Assembly (NCBI GenBank): GCA_041662625.1
Contig: JBAZSB010000001.1
Coordinates: 535,189 to 599,188 of the forward strand
Length of the DNA: 64,000 bases
Reading direction: 5' to 3'
Origin: Patescibacteria group bacterium
Lineage (GTDB): Bacteria > Patescibacteriota > Patescibacteriia > Buchananbacterales > UBA6539
The notes beneath the pieces are model-generated. The model searched no databases. It was not told the origin of the DNA and saw only the letters and a list, made by a program, of their open reading frames with translations. Below, piece by piece: positions 48,309 through 58,700 of the stretch. The position numbers and the translations under genes were made by a program. Each line of letters starts with the position of its first letter. Position 1 is the first letter of the stretch.

Positions 48309-50669
48309 TTAACCGCAATGGGAATAGCCGCAAGACCGACATTTTAAGCAACCCTCAGAAATTTCCAAAAGACTGCCGCACTCCGGACATTCCGGCGCCG
48401 TGCCATAGTCAGCAATTTCGCGCTTGAGGTCCAGGCCATTGCCATTATGGCTTGGAGTAGCCGGAACGACAGCAGACCGCGCCATGGCTTCTTTGGTCAC
48501 CTGGCTGCCGTTATGAAATTCTAAGCCCAATTTTGGCTGTTCCCGGGTGACATGGCGCTCTAAAGTTTGGGCAATGGCATCAGGCAAAGATAGAATCATG
48601 CCATTTTCTCCCCAAGACGGCATTGGCCCCCGGATGCCTTTTATTTGTTTGATTACTTCTTCAGGCGGAATCCCGGCCCGGAAGGCTAAAGACAGCAGCC
48701 GGCAGACCGCTTCTGATTTCGCCGAGAAGAAGCCGCCAGCCTTACCAATAGTTGCAAAAACTTCAAAGGGATGGCCTTCTTCGTCATCATTAATCGTCAC
48801 ATATAAATCGCCATAAGAAGTTTTTTGTTTATAAGTCGTGCCTTTCATGGCTGCTGGCCTTTCTCGTTTATAAAAAGGTACGGCTGGCACTTCCACGGCT
48901 GCTTCTTTGGGCTTACTGGATGATTTCCCGGTTGTTAAAACTTGAACTTCCCGGCTGCCATCCCGATAAATTGTAACTCCCTTACAGCCGGTTTCGTAAG
49001 CTAAAAGATAAGCTTTGGCCACGTCATCCTTAGTAGCACTATTTGGGAAATTAATAGTTTTTGATACAGCATTATCAACGTATTTTTGAAAAGCCGCTTG
49101 CATCCGAATATGCCATTCCGGCGGGATGTCATGAGCGGTGACAAAAATTTTCTTGATTTCATTGGGTATTTCTTCAAAATCTTTGACTGACCCGGCTTCA
49201 GAAACTTTTTCGATCAATTCCTTGGAATAAAAATCTTTCTCCTTGGCAATTTTTTCAAAATCAGGATTCACTTCCACCAATTCAACCCAATCATCACCTT
49301 TTTTGCCGATATGAGACCGCCGAACATAGGCCAAGGCGTAAAGCGGTTCAATGCCGGAAGAACAAGAAGCAATGACACTTAAGGTGCCGGTGGGCGCAAT
49401 AGTTGTCCTGGTGGCATTACGAATCCCTTCGCTATCCGGTGCATCATAAATACTACCTTCAAAATTAGGAAAAACGCCCTTTTCTTTAGCTAAAGCAATT
49501 GAAGCCTCATCAGAACGATCTTTAATAAATTTCATCACTTTATCGGCTAAATCAATGGCTTCTTGGGAATTATAGGCAATTCCCAGCCGAACAAGCATGT
49601 CCGCAAATCCCATTATGCCCAAGCCAATCTTCCGATTACTCAAGGTCATTTTGGCGATTTCTTTTAGGGGATAATGGTTCATATCAATGACATCGTCCAA
49701 AAAGCGGGTTGCAACTTTGACGACTTCACCGAGGCGTTCAAAATCGATTTTGCCCTCTTGAACAAATTGCGCTAAATTGATTGAACCCAAATTACAAGAT
49801 TCATGGGGTAGGAGTGGCTGCTCACCACAAGGATTGGTACTTTCAATCTGACCGATATGCGGGGTGGGATTAAATTTATTAATCCGATCAATAAAAATCA
49901 CACCCGGATCGCCATTTTGCCAAGCATGTTGGACAATTTTATCCCAGACTTCCTTGGCCTTCAATTTTTTTGTTACTTTATTATCATGCGGGTTAACTAA
50001 TTCATATTCCTCATCTTTTTCTAAAGCGGCCATGAAACTATCGGTAACGGCCACCGAAATATTAAAATTATTCAACTTATTGCTATCTTCTTTGGCCGTA
50101 ATAAACTCTAAAATATCCGGATGATCAATGCGTAAAATTCCCATGTTGGCACCACGCCGCGTGCCCCCTTGTTTAATCGTTTCGGTTGCGGCATCAAAAA
50201 CCGTCATGAAAGAAATCGGTCCGGAAGCCAAACCACTAGTTGAATAAACCGGATCTTTGGCTGGCCGCAGGCGCGAAAAGGAAAAACCCGTGCCACCGCC
50301 TGACTTATGAATTAAGGCAGTATTTTTTACCGCTTCAAAAATTTGTTCCATTGAGTCCCCAACTGGTAAAACAAAACAAGCAGAAAGCTGACCTAGCTTT
50401 GTCCCGGCTCCGGAAAAAGTCGGGCTGTTAGGCAAAAATTCCAAATTAACCATGATTTCTAAAAATGCCCGTTCCAGTTCCTCTTTTTTTTCTTTATCGA
50501 GATTATATTTGTCTTCGGCTTTAACAATAAAACTCGCTACCCGCTTAAACATCTCCATTGGTTTTTCGATTACCTTGCCTTTATCATCTTTACGCAAATA
50601 ACGGCTCTCTAAAACCTGAAGAGCATTTTTAGTTAACTTCAATTTTGGTTCGCCGACGCCAAAAATCAT
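48309..50669 (-). CDS. nrdJ: Adenosylcobalamin-dependent class II ribonucleotide reductase with C-terminal TSCPD/Zn-ribbon domain
   Basis: PNSPT, SACF, TNPCGE, CNLGS, APTGT, VSKTIN, CPECG...C.SCGYS.C. Confidence 0.95.
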   Translation of the reverse strand: MIFGVGEPKLKLTKNALQVLESRYLRKDDKGKVIEKPMEMFKRVASFIVKAEDKYNLDKEKKEELERAFLEIMVNLEFLPNSPTFSGAGTKLGQLSACFVLPVGDSMEQIFEAVKNTALIHKSGGGTGFSFSRLRPAKDPVYSTSGLASGPISFMTVFDAATETIKQGGTRRGANMGILRIDHPDILEFITAKEDSNKLNNFNISVAVTDSFMAALEKDEEYELVNPHDNKVTKKLKAKEVWDKIVQHAWQNGDPGVIFIDRINKFNPTPHIGQIESTNPCGEQPLLPHESCNLGSINLAQFVQEGKIDFERLGEVVKVATRFLDDVIDMNHYPLKEIAKMTLSNRKIGLGIMGFADMLVRLGIAYNSQEAIDLADKVMKFIKDRSDEASIALAKEKGVFPNFEGSIYDAPDSEGIRNATRTTIAPTGTLSVIASCSSGIEPLYALAYVRRSHIGKKGDDWVELVEVNPDFEKIAKEKDFYSKELIEKVSEAGSVKDFEEIPNEIKKIFVTAHDIPPEWHIRMQAAFQKYVDNAVSKTINFPNSATKDDVAKAYLLAYETGCKGVTIYRDGSREVQVLTTGKSSSKPKEAAVEVPAVPFYKRERPAAMKGTTYKQKTSYGDLYVTINDDEEGHPFEVFATIGKAGGFFSAKSEAVCRLLSLAFRAGIPPEEVIKQIKGIRGPMPSWGENGMILSLPDAIAQTLERHVTREQPKLGLEFHNGSQVTKEAMARSAVVPATPSHNGNGLDLKREIADYGTAPECPECGSLLEISEGCLKCRSCGYSHCG

Positions 50670-50843
50670 AAATATTTGATTCTAATAAAAGTGACCAAAA
50701 AAATAAGACAATTTTTGCCTTATTAAAATTTTTAAACCACCTCACTTTTATTTTTCTTTTGATTTTTTCTTTTGAGTATTTCTATTTTACTCCCTAACGA
50801 CAACTTTGTCTACTAATTATCGACAAAACTAACAAAATAGGCA

Positions 50844-52019
50844 TTATTTCATCTTCTTTCTGATGAAGGCGGGAATTTCCAGTTCTTCCTCTTCGGCTGA
50901 TTTTTCTGATTCTCTATTAAAAATTTTTTTCGCGGTAACTCGTTTGGGCACTCGCTTCAAATCTCTGGCCTGTTCAGATTGATTTTCACCAGTGACAAAA
51001 TCAGTTGGCGTATAAGCTGTTTCCACTTGGCCAAAAACCCTACTGGCTGAAGCATTTTTGTTTTCCCGTTCACTAAAACCAGTAGCAATCACTGTTACCT
51101 TTACTTCATCTTTAAGGTCTTGATCAATGACAGCGCCAAAAATAATTTTAGCACCGGGATCAGCTGATTGGGTGATAATTTTAGCGGCTTCGTTAACCTC
51201 ATGCATACCTAAATCCGGACCACCAACCACGGTGAAAAGAATTCCTTTAGCACCTTCAATCGAAAGTTCGAGTAAGGGACTGGCAATTGCGGCCCGGGCG
51301 GCTTCAATCGCCCGACTGTCACCGCTACCCTGACCAATTCCCATCAAAGCCGAGCCAGTATCTCTCATAATCGTCCGGACATCGGCAAAATCAACATTAA
51401 TTAAACCCGGCACGGTAATTAATTCAGCAATGCCCTGAACACCTTGTTTTAAAACATCGTCACAAATTCTAAAAGCTTCCAAAAGTGAAGTCTTTTTATC
51501 AATGATTTGCAAAAGACGATCGTTAGGAATAGTAACGATCGCATCAACTTTATCTTTTAAATTATTAAAACCCCGATCGGCAATCTCCCGTCTTTGAGCA
51601 CCTTCAAAAGAAAAAGGTTTAGTCACTACAGCCACAGTTAAAGCACCCGCCTCTTTGGCCATATTAGCAATAATCGGTGCGGCCCCGCTTCCTGTCCCAC
51701 CCCCTAAGCCACAAGTTACAAATACCATATCAGCATCTTTAATTAAATCCCGAATTTCATTTTGACTTTCTTCAGCCGCCTTCTGACCCAATTCCGGATC
51801 CATTCCCGCTCCTAAACCTCGGGTGGTCATTTTGCCAATATGCAATTTAGAATTAGCCTGGGAATGATGCAGGGCTTGAACATCAGTATTAACGGCTAAA
51901 AAATCGACCCCTTTAATCCGAGCATTAACCATACGGTTAACAGCTGAACCGCCGGAACCGCCAACACCAATGACTTTAATTTTAGCAAAAGTCTCGATTT
52001 CTGGTTTAATTTCTGCCAT
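50844..52019 (-). CDS. ftsZ: Cell division protein FtsZ
   Basis: [16 protein letters not shown]-terminal LEIPAFIRK. Confidence 0.99.
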   Translation of the reverse strand: MAEIKPEIETFAKIKVIGVGGSGGSAVNRMVNARIKGVDFLAVNTDVQALHHSQANSKLHIGKMTTRGLGAGMDPELGQKAAEESQNEIRDLIKDADMVFVTCGLGGGTGSGAAPIIANMAKEAGALTVAVVTKPFSFEGAQRREIADRGFNNLKDKVDAIVTIPNDRLLQIIDKKTSLLEAFRICDDVLKQGVQGIAELITVPGLINVDFADVRTIMRDTGSALMGIGQGSGDSRAIEAARAAIASPLLELSIEGAKGILFTVVGGPDLGMHEVNEAAKIITQSADPGAKIIFGAVIDQDLKDEVKVTVIATGFSERENKNASASRVFGQVETAYTPTDFVTGENQSEQARDLKRVPKRVTAKKIFNRESEKSAEEEELEIPAFIRKKMK

Positions 52020-52101
52020 AGTATTTAAACTGGGAACTTTGAGCTAGAAACTTTGAACTTTCTTAACAGTTCATTGTCCCAAGTTCATAGCTCTAAGTTA
52101 T

Positions 52102-53355
52102 TTACGGAATTACTTTCTTAAACCACTTTCTCGCTTGATTAGTTAAACCTTTAAAATTAGGTAAATAATTCAATAAGTGACCAAAGCCACTTCCACCCCG
52201 CTGATTTTCGATTTGGCTCCCCCAAATTACTAAACCAATTGCTGTGGAAAAAGCCGGATCATTAACTTTGTCGATCGCACTGGTAATGTTTAAGGGTCGA
52301 CCCAAAGTGGCGGGTAGGCGCAACTGCTTTTTGGCTGCCTCAACTAGGCCAGCCAATTTAGCACCACCGCCAGTTAAAATTACTCCTGCCGGTAGTTTAC
52401 CACTTCTATCAACCTTTTTCAACTCAGCATCAATCTTATCCAGAATTTCTTCCACCCTAGCCTCGGTAATTTCGGCGATATACTTTTTAGAAATAAAATT
52501 GCTCTCTTTACCTTCTAATTCGCCAATATCAATTTCATCGCGTTTATTAATTCCATTAGCCAAAGCAGAACCATATTCCAATTTAATCTTTTCCGCTGCG
52601 TCAATTGAAATCCGCAGACCAATGGCAATATCTGAAGTAATATGATCAGAGCCAACTGGCATTACCGCCGTATGCAAAATATCACCTTCTTCAAAAACCG
52701 CCAGGCTGGTGGTTGAACCACCAATATTAATCACAGCGACCCCCAATTCTTTTTGCCGACTGGTTAAAACCGCCTCCGAAGTCGCTAAAATCGACAAAAC
52801 TAGATCTTCAATATTGATTCCGGGCCGATAAACTGCCTTGGTTAAATTTTTTATTTGCGAACTCAATCCTTGGATAATTTGGGTCTCAACTTCTAAACGG
52901 ACGCCAGTCATGCCTAAAGGGTCCTTAATCCCGACTTGGCCATCAACCGTGAACCCTTTGGGGATAACATGCAAAATTTCATAATTTAAGGGAGTCGCGA
53001 CTGTCCGGGCGGCTTCAATTGAGCGCTCAACATCATCTTCGGAGATTTCACCATCCGACCGCGCCACCGCTACTACTCCTTGGCTCTCTTGAGAAATGAT
53101 ATGCCCACCCGAAATTCCCACCCAAGCCCTTTCGATTGGTACACCAACCATCCGTTCAGCCTTCTCTAGACAAGCGGAAATTGAAGAAACAGCATCTTCA
53201 ATACTACTAATTATACCTTTACTAATTCCTTCGGCCGGCACTTCAGCTGCCCCGATAATATGAATTTTTCCCTCTTCACCAACACTTTGACCAACAGCCA
53301 ATCGAATAGCAGTTGAACCGATATCAAGTCCGGCAATTATTTCTTTTTCCGCCAT
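52102..53355 (-). CDS. ftsA: Cell division protein FtsA
   Basis: GLDIGST, LTGGGAKL; upstream of ftsZ. Confidence 0.97.
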   Translation of the reverse strand: MAEKEIIAGLDIGSTAIRLAVGQSVGEEGKIHIIGAAEVPAEGISKGIISSIEDAVSSISACLEKAERMVGVPIERAWVGISGGHIISQESQGVVAVARSDGEISEDDVERSIEAARTVATPLNYEILHVIPKGFTVDGQVGIKDPLGMTGVRLEVETQIIQGLSSQIKNLTKAVYRPGINIEDLVLSILATSEAVLTSRQKELGVAVINIGGSTTSLAVFEEGDILHTAVMPVGSDHITSDIAIGLRISIDAAEKIKLEYGSALANGINKRDEIDIGELEGKESNFISKKYIAEITEARVEEILDKIDAELKKVDRSGKLPAGVILTGGGAKLAGLVEAAKKQLRLPATLGRPLNITSAIDKVNDPAFSTAIGLVIWGSQIENQRGGSGFGHLLNYLPNFKGLTNQARKWFKKVIP

Positions 53356-53427
53356 AAAATTAATTTAGTAATTTAATCGGATATATATAATATTTTAGCA
53401 TAAAAACCAGTCTTTAGACAAACCTGC

Positions 53428-53871
53428 TTACCTGAGTGATAACCCCAAAATCTTCCGTTCTAAACGTTGCATTTTAGCCCTATCCCGAGCTTTTTGATGA
53501 TCATAGCCTAAAAGATGCAAAAAACCATGAATTAGAAGCATTTCTAGCTCCTGATTAACCGAATGACCAAACTTTTTGGCCTGTCTTTTGGCCTGGGGAT
53601 AACAAATGATAATTTCCCCCAAATAACGACTACTGGACACACCAAATTTGGTTCGGCTATCCTTTTCGCTAAAGCTTAGAACATCGGTTACTCTATTTTC
53701 CCCGCGATAAATTCGATTCAGCTTTTTCATTGCCCCCTCACCAACCAAAGCCAGGGAAATTTCCCAATGATCGCTTGATTTTAATGTTTGCTTAATCTTT
53801 TTTAACCTTAAGCGCCAAAACCGCAAAGGAATCTTTTTGCCTGATTGTTGGTTGACCGCGAAACTGATCAT
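53428..53871 (-). CDS. ybeY: Endoribonuclease YbeY
   Basis: TDVLSF, LGEIII, HGFLHLLGYDH. Confidence 0.95.
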   Translation of the reverse strand: MISFAVNQQSGKKIPLRFWRLRLKKIKQTLKSSDHWEISLALVGEGAMKKLNRIYRGENRVTDVLSFSEKDSRTKFGVSSSRYLGEIIICYPQAKRQAKKFGHSVNQELEMLLIHGFLHLLGYDHQKARDRAKMQRLERKILGLSLR

Positions 53872-53882
53872 AGTCTAATAGT

Positions 53883-54908
53883 CTAAGGAACTAAGTTGAA
53901 ACTTTTAACCATCACTTGAAAAGTGAGGATGAAATTAGTCATTGTATAATTACCAACATTATAATGCAGTAAAAATATTTTACTTGGGTTGGCTGCCGAC
54001 ATTAAATAGTAACTTTGATTATCGAGCGTACGGTAACCAGCAATACCATTAATTTTAACTGCTGTCAGTTGGCCAAGACTAGATTGTGAAAATTGCTCCC
54101 GGTACCAATCAGCCAAAGATAAATTTTGGTCCTTATCCAGCACCAACACTTCAACAAATTCACCGGTAGTAGAAACAAATAAGACTTCGGTTTTCCCGCT
54201 GTTACTTTCCTGAACCCGCCAATTCTTTGGATAGATAATTGAATAAAAAGAATTATTATAAGTAGAAAATAAACCTGAATCAACTAACGAAACTGCCGGT
54301 CGGGTCGGATCATAACCATTAAGTAACTCGGCACCATCGGTATAAGTATCCGAATCACTATCGCTTATTTCTGGATTAGTACCATAGAGACTTTCCTCGG
54401 CCAAAGTTAAATTATCACGGTCAGTATCAGCAGCTATTGGCAAGGGTTGTGAAGCATTCGTATTAGTATTTGTATTAGTATTAACATTAAGATTAGTGTT
54501 GACGTTAACGTTAGTATTAAGGTTTACATTGGTATTGGTATTAGTATTTGTATTGACGTTAACGTTAGTATTAAGGTTTACATTGGTATTGGTATTAGTA
54601 TTTGTATTTACATTTTGGTTCAAATTAGTATTAGTGTTAACTGGCTGATTGGTATTAATTACAGGTGCTGGCGCTTGGTTCTGGCTTAAATTCTGATTAA
54701 GATAAATCGCAACACCAATTAAACCACCAATCAATAAAATACCAACAATGATAATAATAATTAAGCCAGAATGTTTCTTTTTTGGCTGAATATAAAAACG
54801 TTGTGGCATAACATGGATTTGTTGATCTAATCTAGAATTAACCTCCGGGGGTAAATTGGCTACCTCCTTAGATTTTTTTTCTGATTTTTGTTTTCGAATT
54901 CCAAACAT
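53883..54908 (-). CDS. Single-pass membrane protein with Asn-Thr/Val linker and Ca-binding DxDxD (TSP3-like) repeats
   Basis: NTNVN repeats; DTDRDNL..AEE..YGTNP..SDSD.D.YTDG.E..GYDP. Confidence 0.8.
   Translation of the reverse strand: MFGIRKQKSEKKSKEVANLPPEVNSRLDQQIHVMPQRFYIQPKKKHSGLIIIIIVGILLIGGLIGVAIYLNQNLSQNQAPAPVINTNQPVNTNTNLNQNVNTNTNTNTNVNLNTNVNVNTNTNTNTNVNLNTNVNVNTNLNVNTNTNTNTNASQPLPIAADTDRDNLTLAEESLYGTNPEISDSDSDTYTDGAELLNGYDPTRPAVSLVDSGLFSTYNNSFYSIIYPKNWRVQESNSGKTEVLFVSTTGEFVEVLVLDKDQNLSLADWYREQFSQSSLGQLTAVKINGIAGYRTLDNQSYYLMSAANPSKIFLLHYNVGNYTMTNFILTFQVMVKSFNLVP
54499..54606. repeat. Perfect 54-bp tandem duplication inside the Asn-rich linker
   Basis: ttgacgttaacg...tagtatttgta x2. 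Confidence 0.9.
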
Positions 54909-55002
54909 AAATAAATATAATGCTAACAAATGCGAATTTATACGAATGTTGCGAATAGCATTAGTATCATTCGCATGCCATTAGCATTTATTGATATCGG
55001 GT

Positions 55003-55692
55003 TTATTCAATCTTTAATAAACGGCCAGGACCTTTAGGATCATAACCTGATCTGACTTCGGCACCATCAGTATAAGTGTCGCCATCAGTATCAGCATTAT
55101 TCGGATCAGTTTTAAAAACTTTAACTTCATCACGATCGGTTAAACCATCTTTGTCGGTATCAACTTCGTTAGGATCAGTGCCATACATACTTTCTTCATT
55201 GTCAGTTAAACCGTCACGATCGGAATCAACAGGTTGTTGGGGCGTTTGATTAGTATTAATGTTCTGATTGACAACCCCTTGATTAACCGCATTGTTCTGA
55301 TTGGTATTAACTTGGCCCGTTTGATTGGTATTTAAAACTTTTTGGCCATTTGGTCGAACCACAAAAACCTGATAAGCATACCAGCCCGCCACAGCTAAAA
55401 CAGCAATCAAAATAATTACCACAATCACGCCAATAAAAGCCTTTTGGTGCTGTTTAAAAAATGGCTCCTTAGTGATCGGTTTAGGCGGGGGGGTGAGGGC
55501 AGGGGGCACTGAAGCTTTAACCACTGGTCGGGCCGGGCCTTTAACAACGGCTTCAGATCGGTCTAATCCTTCCAAAATATCCTCTGGTTCTTTGGGTAAA
55601 TTTTGGGGTGGCTGAGCTTGGGGTGTTTGTCCCCCACTTAACGGCTGACCGTAAGCATCGGAATTGTTATTAGTTGATTTTTTTTCAAACAT
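55003..55692 (-). CDS. Single-pass membrane protein with DxDxDG (TSP3-like) repeats
   Basis: DSDRDGLTD.EE..YGTDP...DTD.DGLTD. Confidence 0.8.
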   Translation of the reverse strand: MFEKKSTNNNSDAYGQPLSGGQTPQAQPPQNLPKEPEDILEGLDRSEAVVKGPARPVVKASVPPALTPPPKPITKEPFFKQHQKAFIGVIVVIILIAVLAVAGWYAYQVFVVRPNGQKVLNTNQTGQVNTNQNNAVNQGVVNQNINTNQTPQQPVDSDRDGLTDNEESMYGTDPNEVDTDKDGLTDRDEVKVFKTDPNNADTDGDTYTDGAEVRSGYDPKGPGRLLKIE

Positions 55693-55723
55693 AGGTTTTT
55701 AATTTATATTTAATTATATCTAA

Positions 55724-58700
55724 TTAACGATTGTATTCAAAGCGACAATAAATATGACTGCTTTCATAAGAAGGTCCGGGACTGACAAAACGAGAATGGG
55801 CACCCCAAATTGACCAAGGCATTCGCGTTCCCGCTGGCGTAGTCTGAGAATATTTACTGACATAAATCCGGGTATCAATTAAAGTTGAGGAGTTAGCGTT
55901 GATACTTTGGCAGAGCGGAAAAGTATCTTGGTAGCAAGAGCTATTGGCATAAGTCCAGCTGGAATAATCATAACTAATCTTTTTCCAGTCGTCACCTTGC
56001 GCGTCAGCAGGCGGATAATTAGGATTAGAGGTTTCAACGCAAGTCCCACCCGGGCAATCAGAGGCCCCATTGGGACAAAGGTTACCTTCATTACTGCCAC
56101 CCACACAGCGCTCACCGGTATCTTTAACATAACATTTTAAAGGCATATATGATTGATAGGCTGGGGAAGCTGGATCAGTGGCACTTAGACGATAGGTTCT
56201 TAAAACCGGGTTAACTCCGCCCATCAGAGTACATAAGCCAGTATCATTGTAATTGGCAATTGCTCCTCTTAAAGCGCGATTGCGAATAACTGTCGGGGTG
56301 GTTTGTTCTTCATCATAAGCTTCCAGAGCGATCACATTCATTCCACTAACTAAATAATTACTAACATTAAAGTAAGCCCCCGTGACACTTGGATTAACAC
56401 TATTAGTCGGCGTCAGAGGCACTGCCCGCGGATTAGCAGCAAAATCTACGCAAGTACCGCCCAAACAATCAGAATCAATATCACATTCCTTGCCATCTTT
56501 ACCGCCACCATTGCAAATCTTGTATTTTGGTAAAAACAAATTACCTGTCATCATTTTACCATTGATATAAATATTCATATAATCTTCTGCACCAAAAACT
56601 AACAGACAGCTATTGGCACTGGTACAATTATTACCAGCACCAGATGCGCCACCCTGGCAGGTATCATAAGTGACGCTGCTATTATACCGGCAAATCCAAC
56701 CATTAGTCTTAGTACCGGTCCGACTGACACCACTGTTACAACCAACCGCACAAAGACCATCACCGTCAGCACCTTTAGCCGGATCATCATTATCCGGATC
56801 ATAAGGGCAAACATCATTCTCATCACAGACCCCGTCTAAATCCGCGTCATCACAAGTAGCACAAATTGGCGGATTTGGGGTTGAGCCCTGGCAACTATAG
56901 CCAACCTCACAGCACTGATTACTACCATTACAATCAATATTATTATAAATATATTGGCAATCCAAAGTGGCCGGATTACATTCGCTGCAGACAGCCGAGC
57001 AGCGATCATTGGCCGGTGAAACTGGCACCCCGCATTGATAAACAACGGGATTAGACCCACTCCCCTTGCAGACGCCACATTCCGTGCTAGTTAAACAAGA
57101 ATCAGGGGTTTTGGTTTGGCAATCATAATTATTGCCACTCGGCGTGCATTGGCCGCAAGCGCCACACCAATTAGCCAGATAGGCGGGATTGGTTGAACCA
57201 TCTAGGCAAGTCGGACTGGTGCGATCACAATAACGGCAGGTATAAGTATCACCCACATCGCAATCCCGATAAAGGCAATCACCGCCATAAGCAGTACAAT
57301 GACCGGCATTTAAACAACAAGTAAAACCACCCGGACCTGACTTGCCAGTACAGTCAGAATCAGCACAATCAGTGGAAGTATCGCAATCATTATTATCACT
57401 ATCATTACAAGTCAGTTCGGTACCGACTTCATAAACATTACCATGAGCTGTTGCCCAGCTCGTATAAGTGGTAGTGGTACAACCTTGCCAAGCCCCGCGG
57501 CCGCCGCCAATATCCGCACAAGTCTCGCGGGCGCCACTGCAAACTCCTTGGGTTAAGGAACAAGGCCTCGTATCAACGCCAGCCACACATTGACCACAGT
57601 CAAGCGAACAATTAGTTGGCGTTTCGCTTGGAGTTTCACAAACACCATTACCACAAACCGGCGAGCAATCATTGTCGGTTAAGGCATTACAACTAACCGG
57701 ACAGCAGCTATCACTATTAGTACAAGTAGTTATTGTTGTATAAGAACAGACAGCATTACATTGAGAAGGGTTGCTACAACTGTCAATGGTACAACTATTG
57801 CTGTCATTACAATCGCCAGTTGCATCACAAGCGGGCGGCTGGCAGACGCCGCTGCAACAAAGTTCAGTACCACAGCCGCAGTCAGCCGGACAACTGGCAG
57901 TATCACAAGTTTCCCCGCCTTCACAAGCACCGTCACCGCAATTAGATTCGTCGTTATCAGTTAAATTGGTGCAGCCGGAGTCAGCTAGATCTCTTTGACT
58001 ATCACCATCATTATCCGTACCATCATCACACTGAACCGCTGGGTTAAGTTCGCTAGTATCGCTACCACTGCTGCAACCCGGGTCAGCCGGAAAATCAGTT
58101 TGGCCATCAGAATCATCATCAAGGCCATTATTACAGGCTGTGGCCGCCCCGCAATCCGAAGCACAACTCAATGGCGTTTCCCCGCCTTCACAAGCACCGT
58201 CACCGCAATTCGATTCATCCGTGTCAATTGAATCGGCGCAGCCGGAATCAGCTAAATCTCTTTGGCCATCGCCATCATTATCAAGACCATCATCACATTC
58301 AATTGCTGAGTTAAGCTCGCTATTATCATTAGAATTACTACACCCTGGGTCAGCCGGATAGTCAATTTGACCATCCGAATCATCATCAAGGCCATTATTA
58401 CAAGCGGTAACCGCACCACAATCAGTCGCACAAGAAGCTGAAGTCTCACTACCTTCACAAACCCCGTCGCCGCAATTAGATTCATCAATATCGGTTAAGC
58501 TAGTACAACCAATATCAGCTAGATCAACTCGGCTATCACTATCATTATCAATATTATCATCACATTCAATTGCCAAGTTAAGCTCGCTACTATCACTGGC
58601 GCTACTACAACCTGGGTCGGACGGAAAATCAACTCGGCCATCGCCATCATCATCGCTACTATTATTACATTGGTTAATTGGTGTCACTGTCACACAACTG

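Noticed and set aside
50670-50843. NrdR boxes upstream of nrdJ
   Set aside because: No convincing tandem match to the acaCwAtATaTwGtgt consensus by eye.
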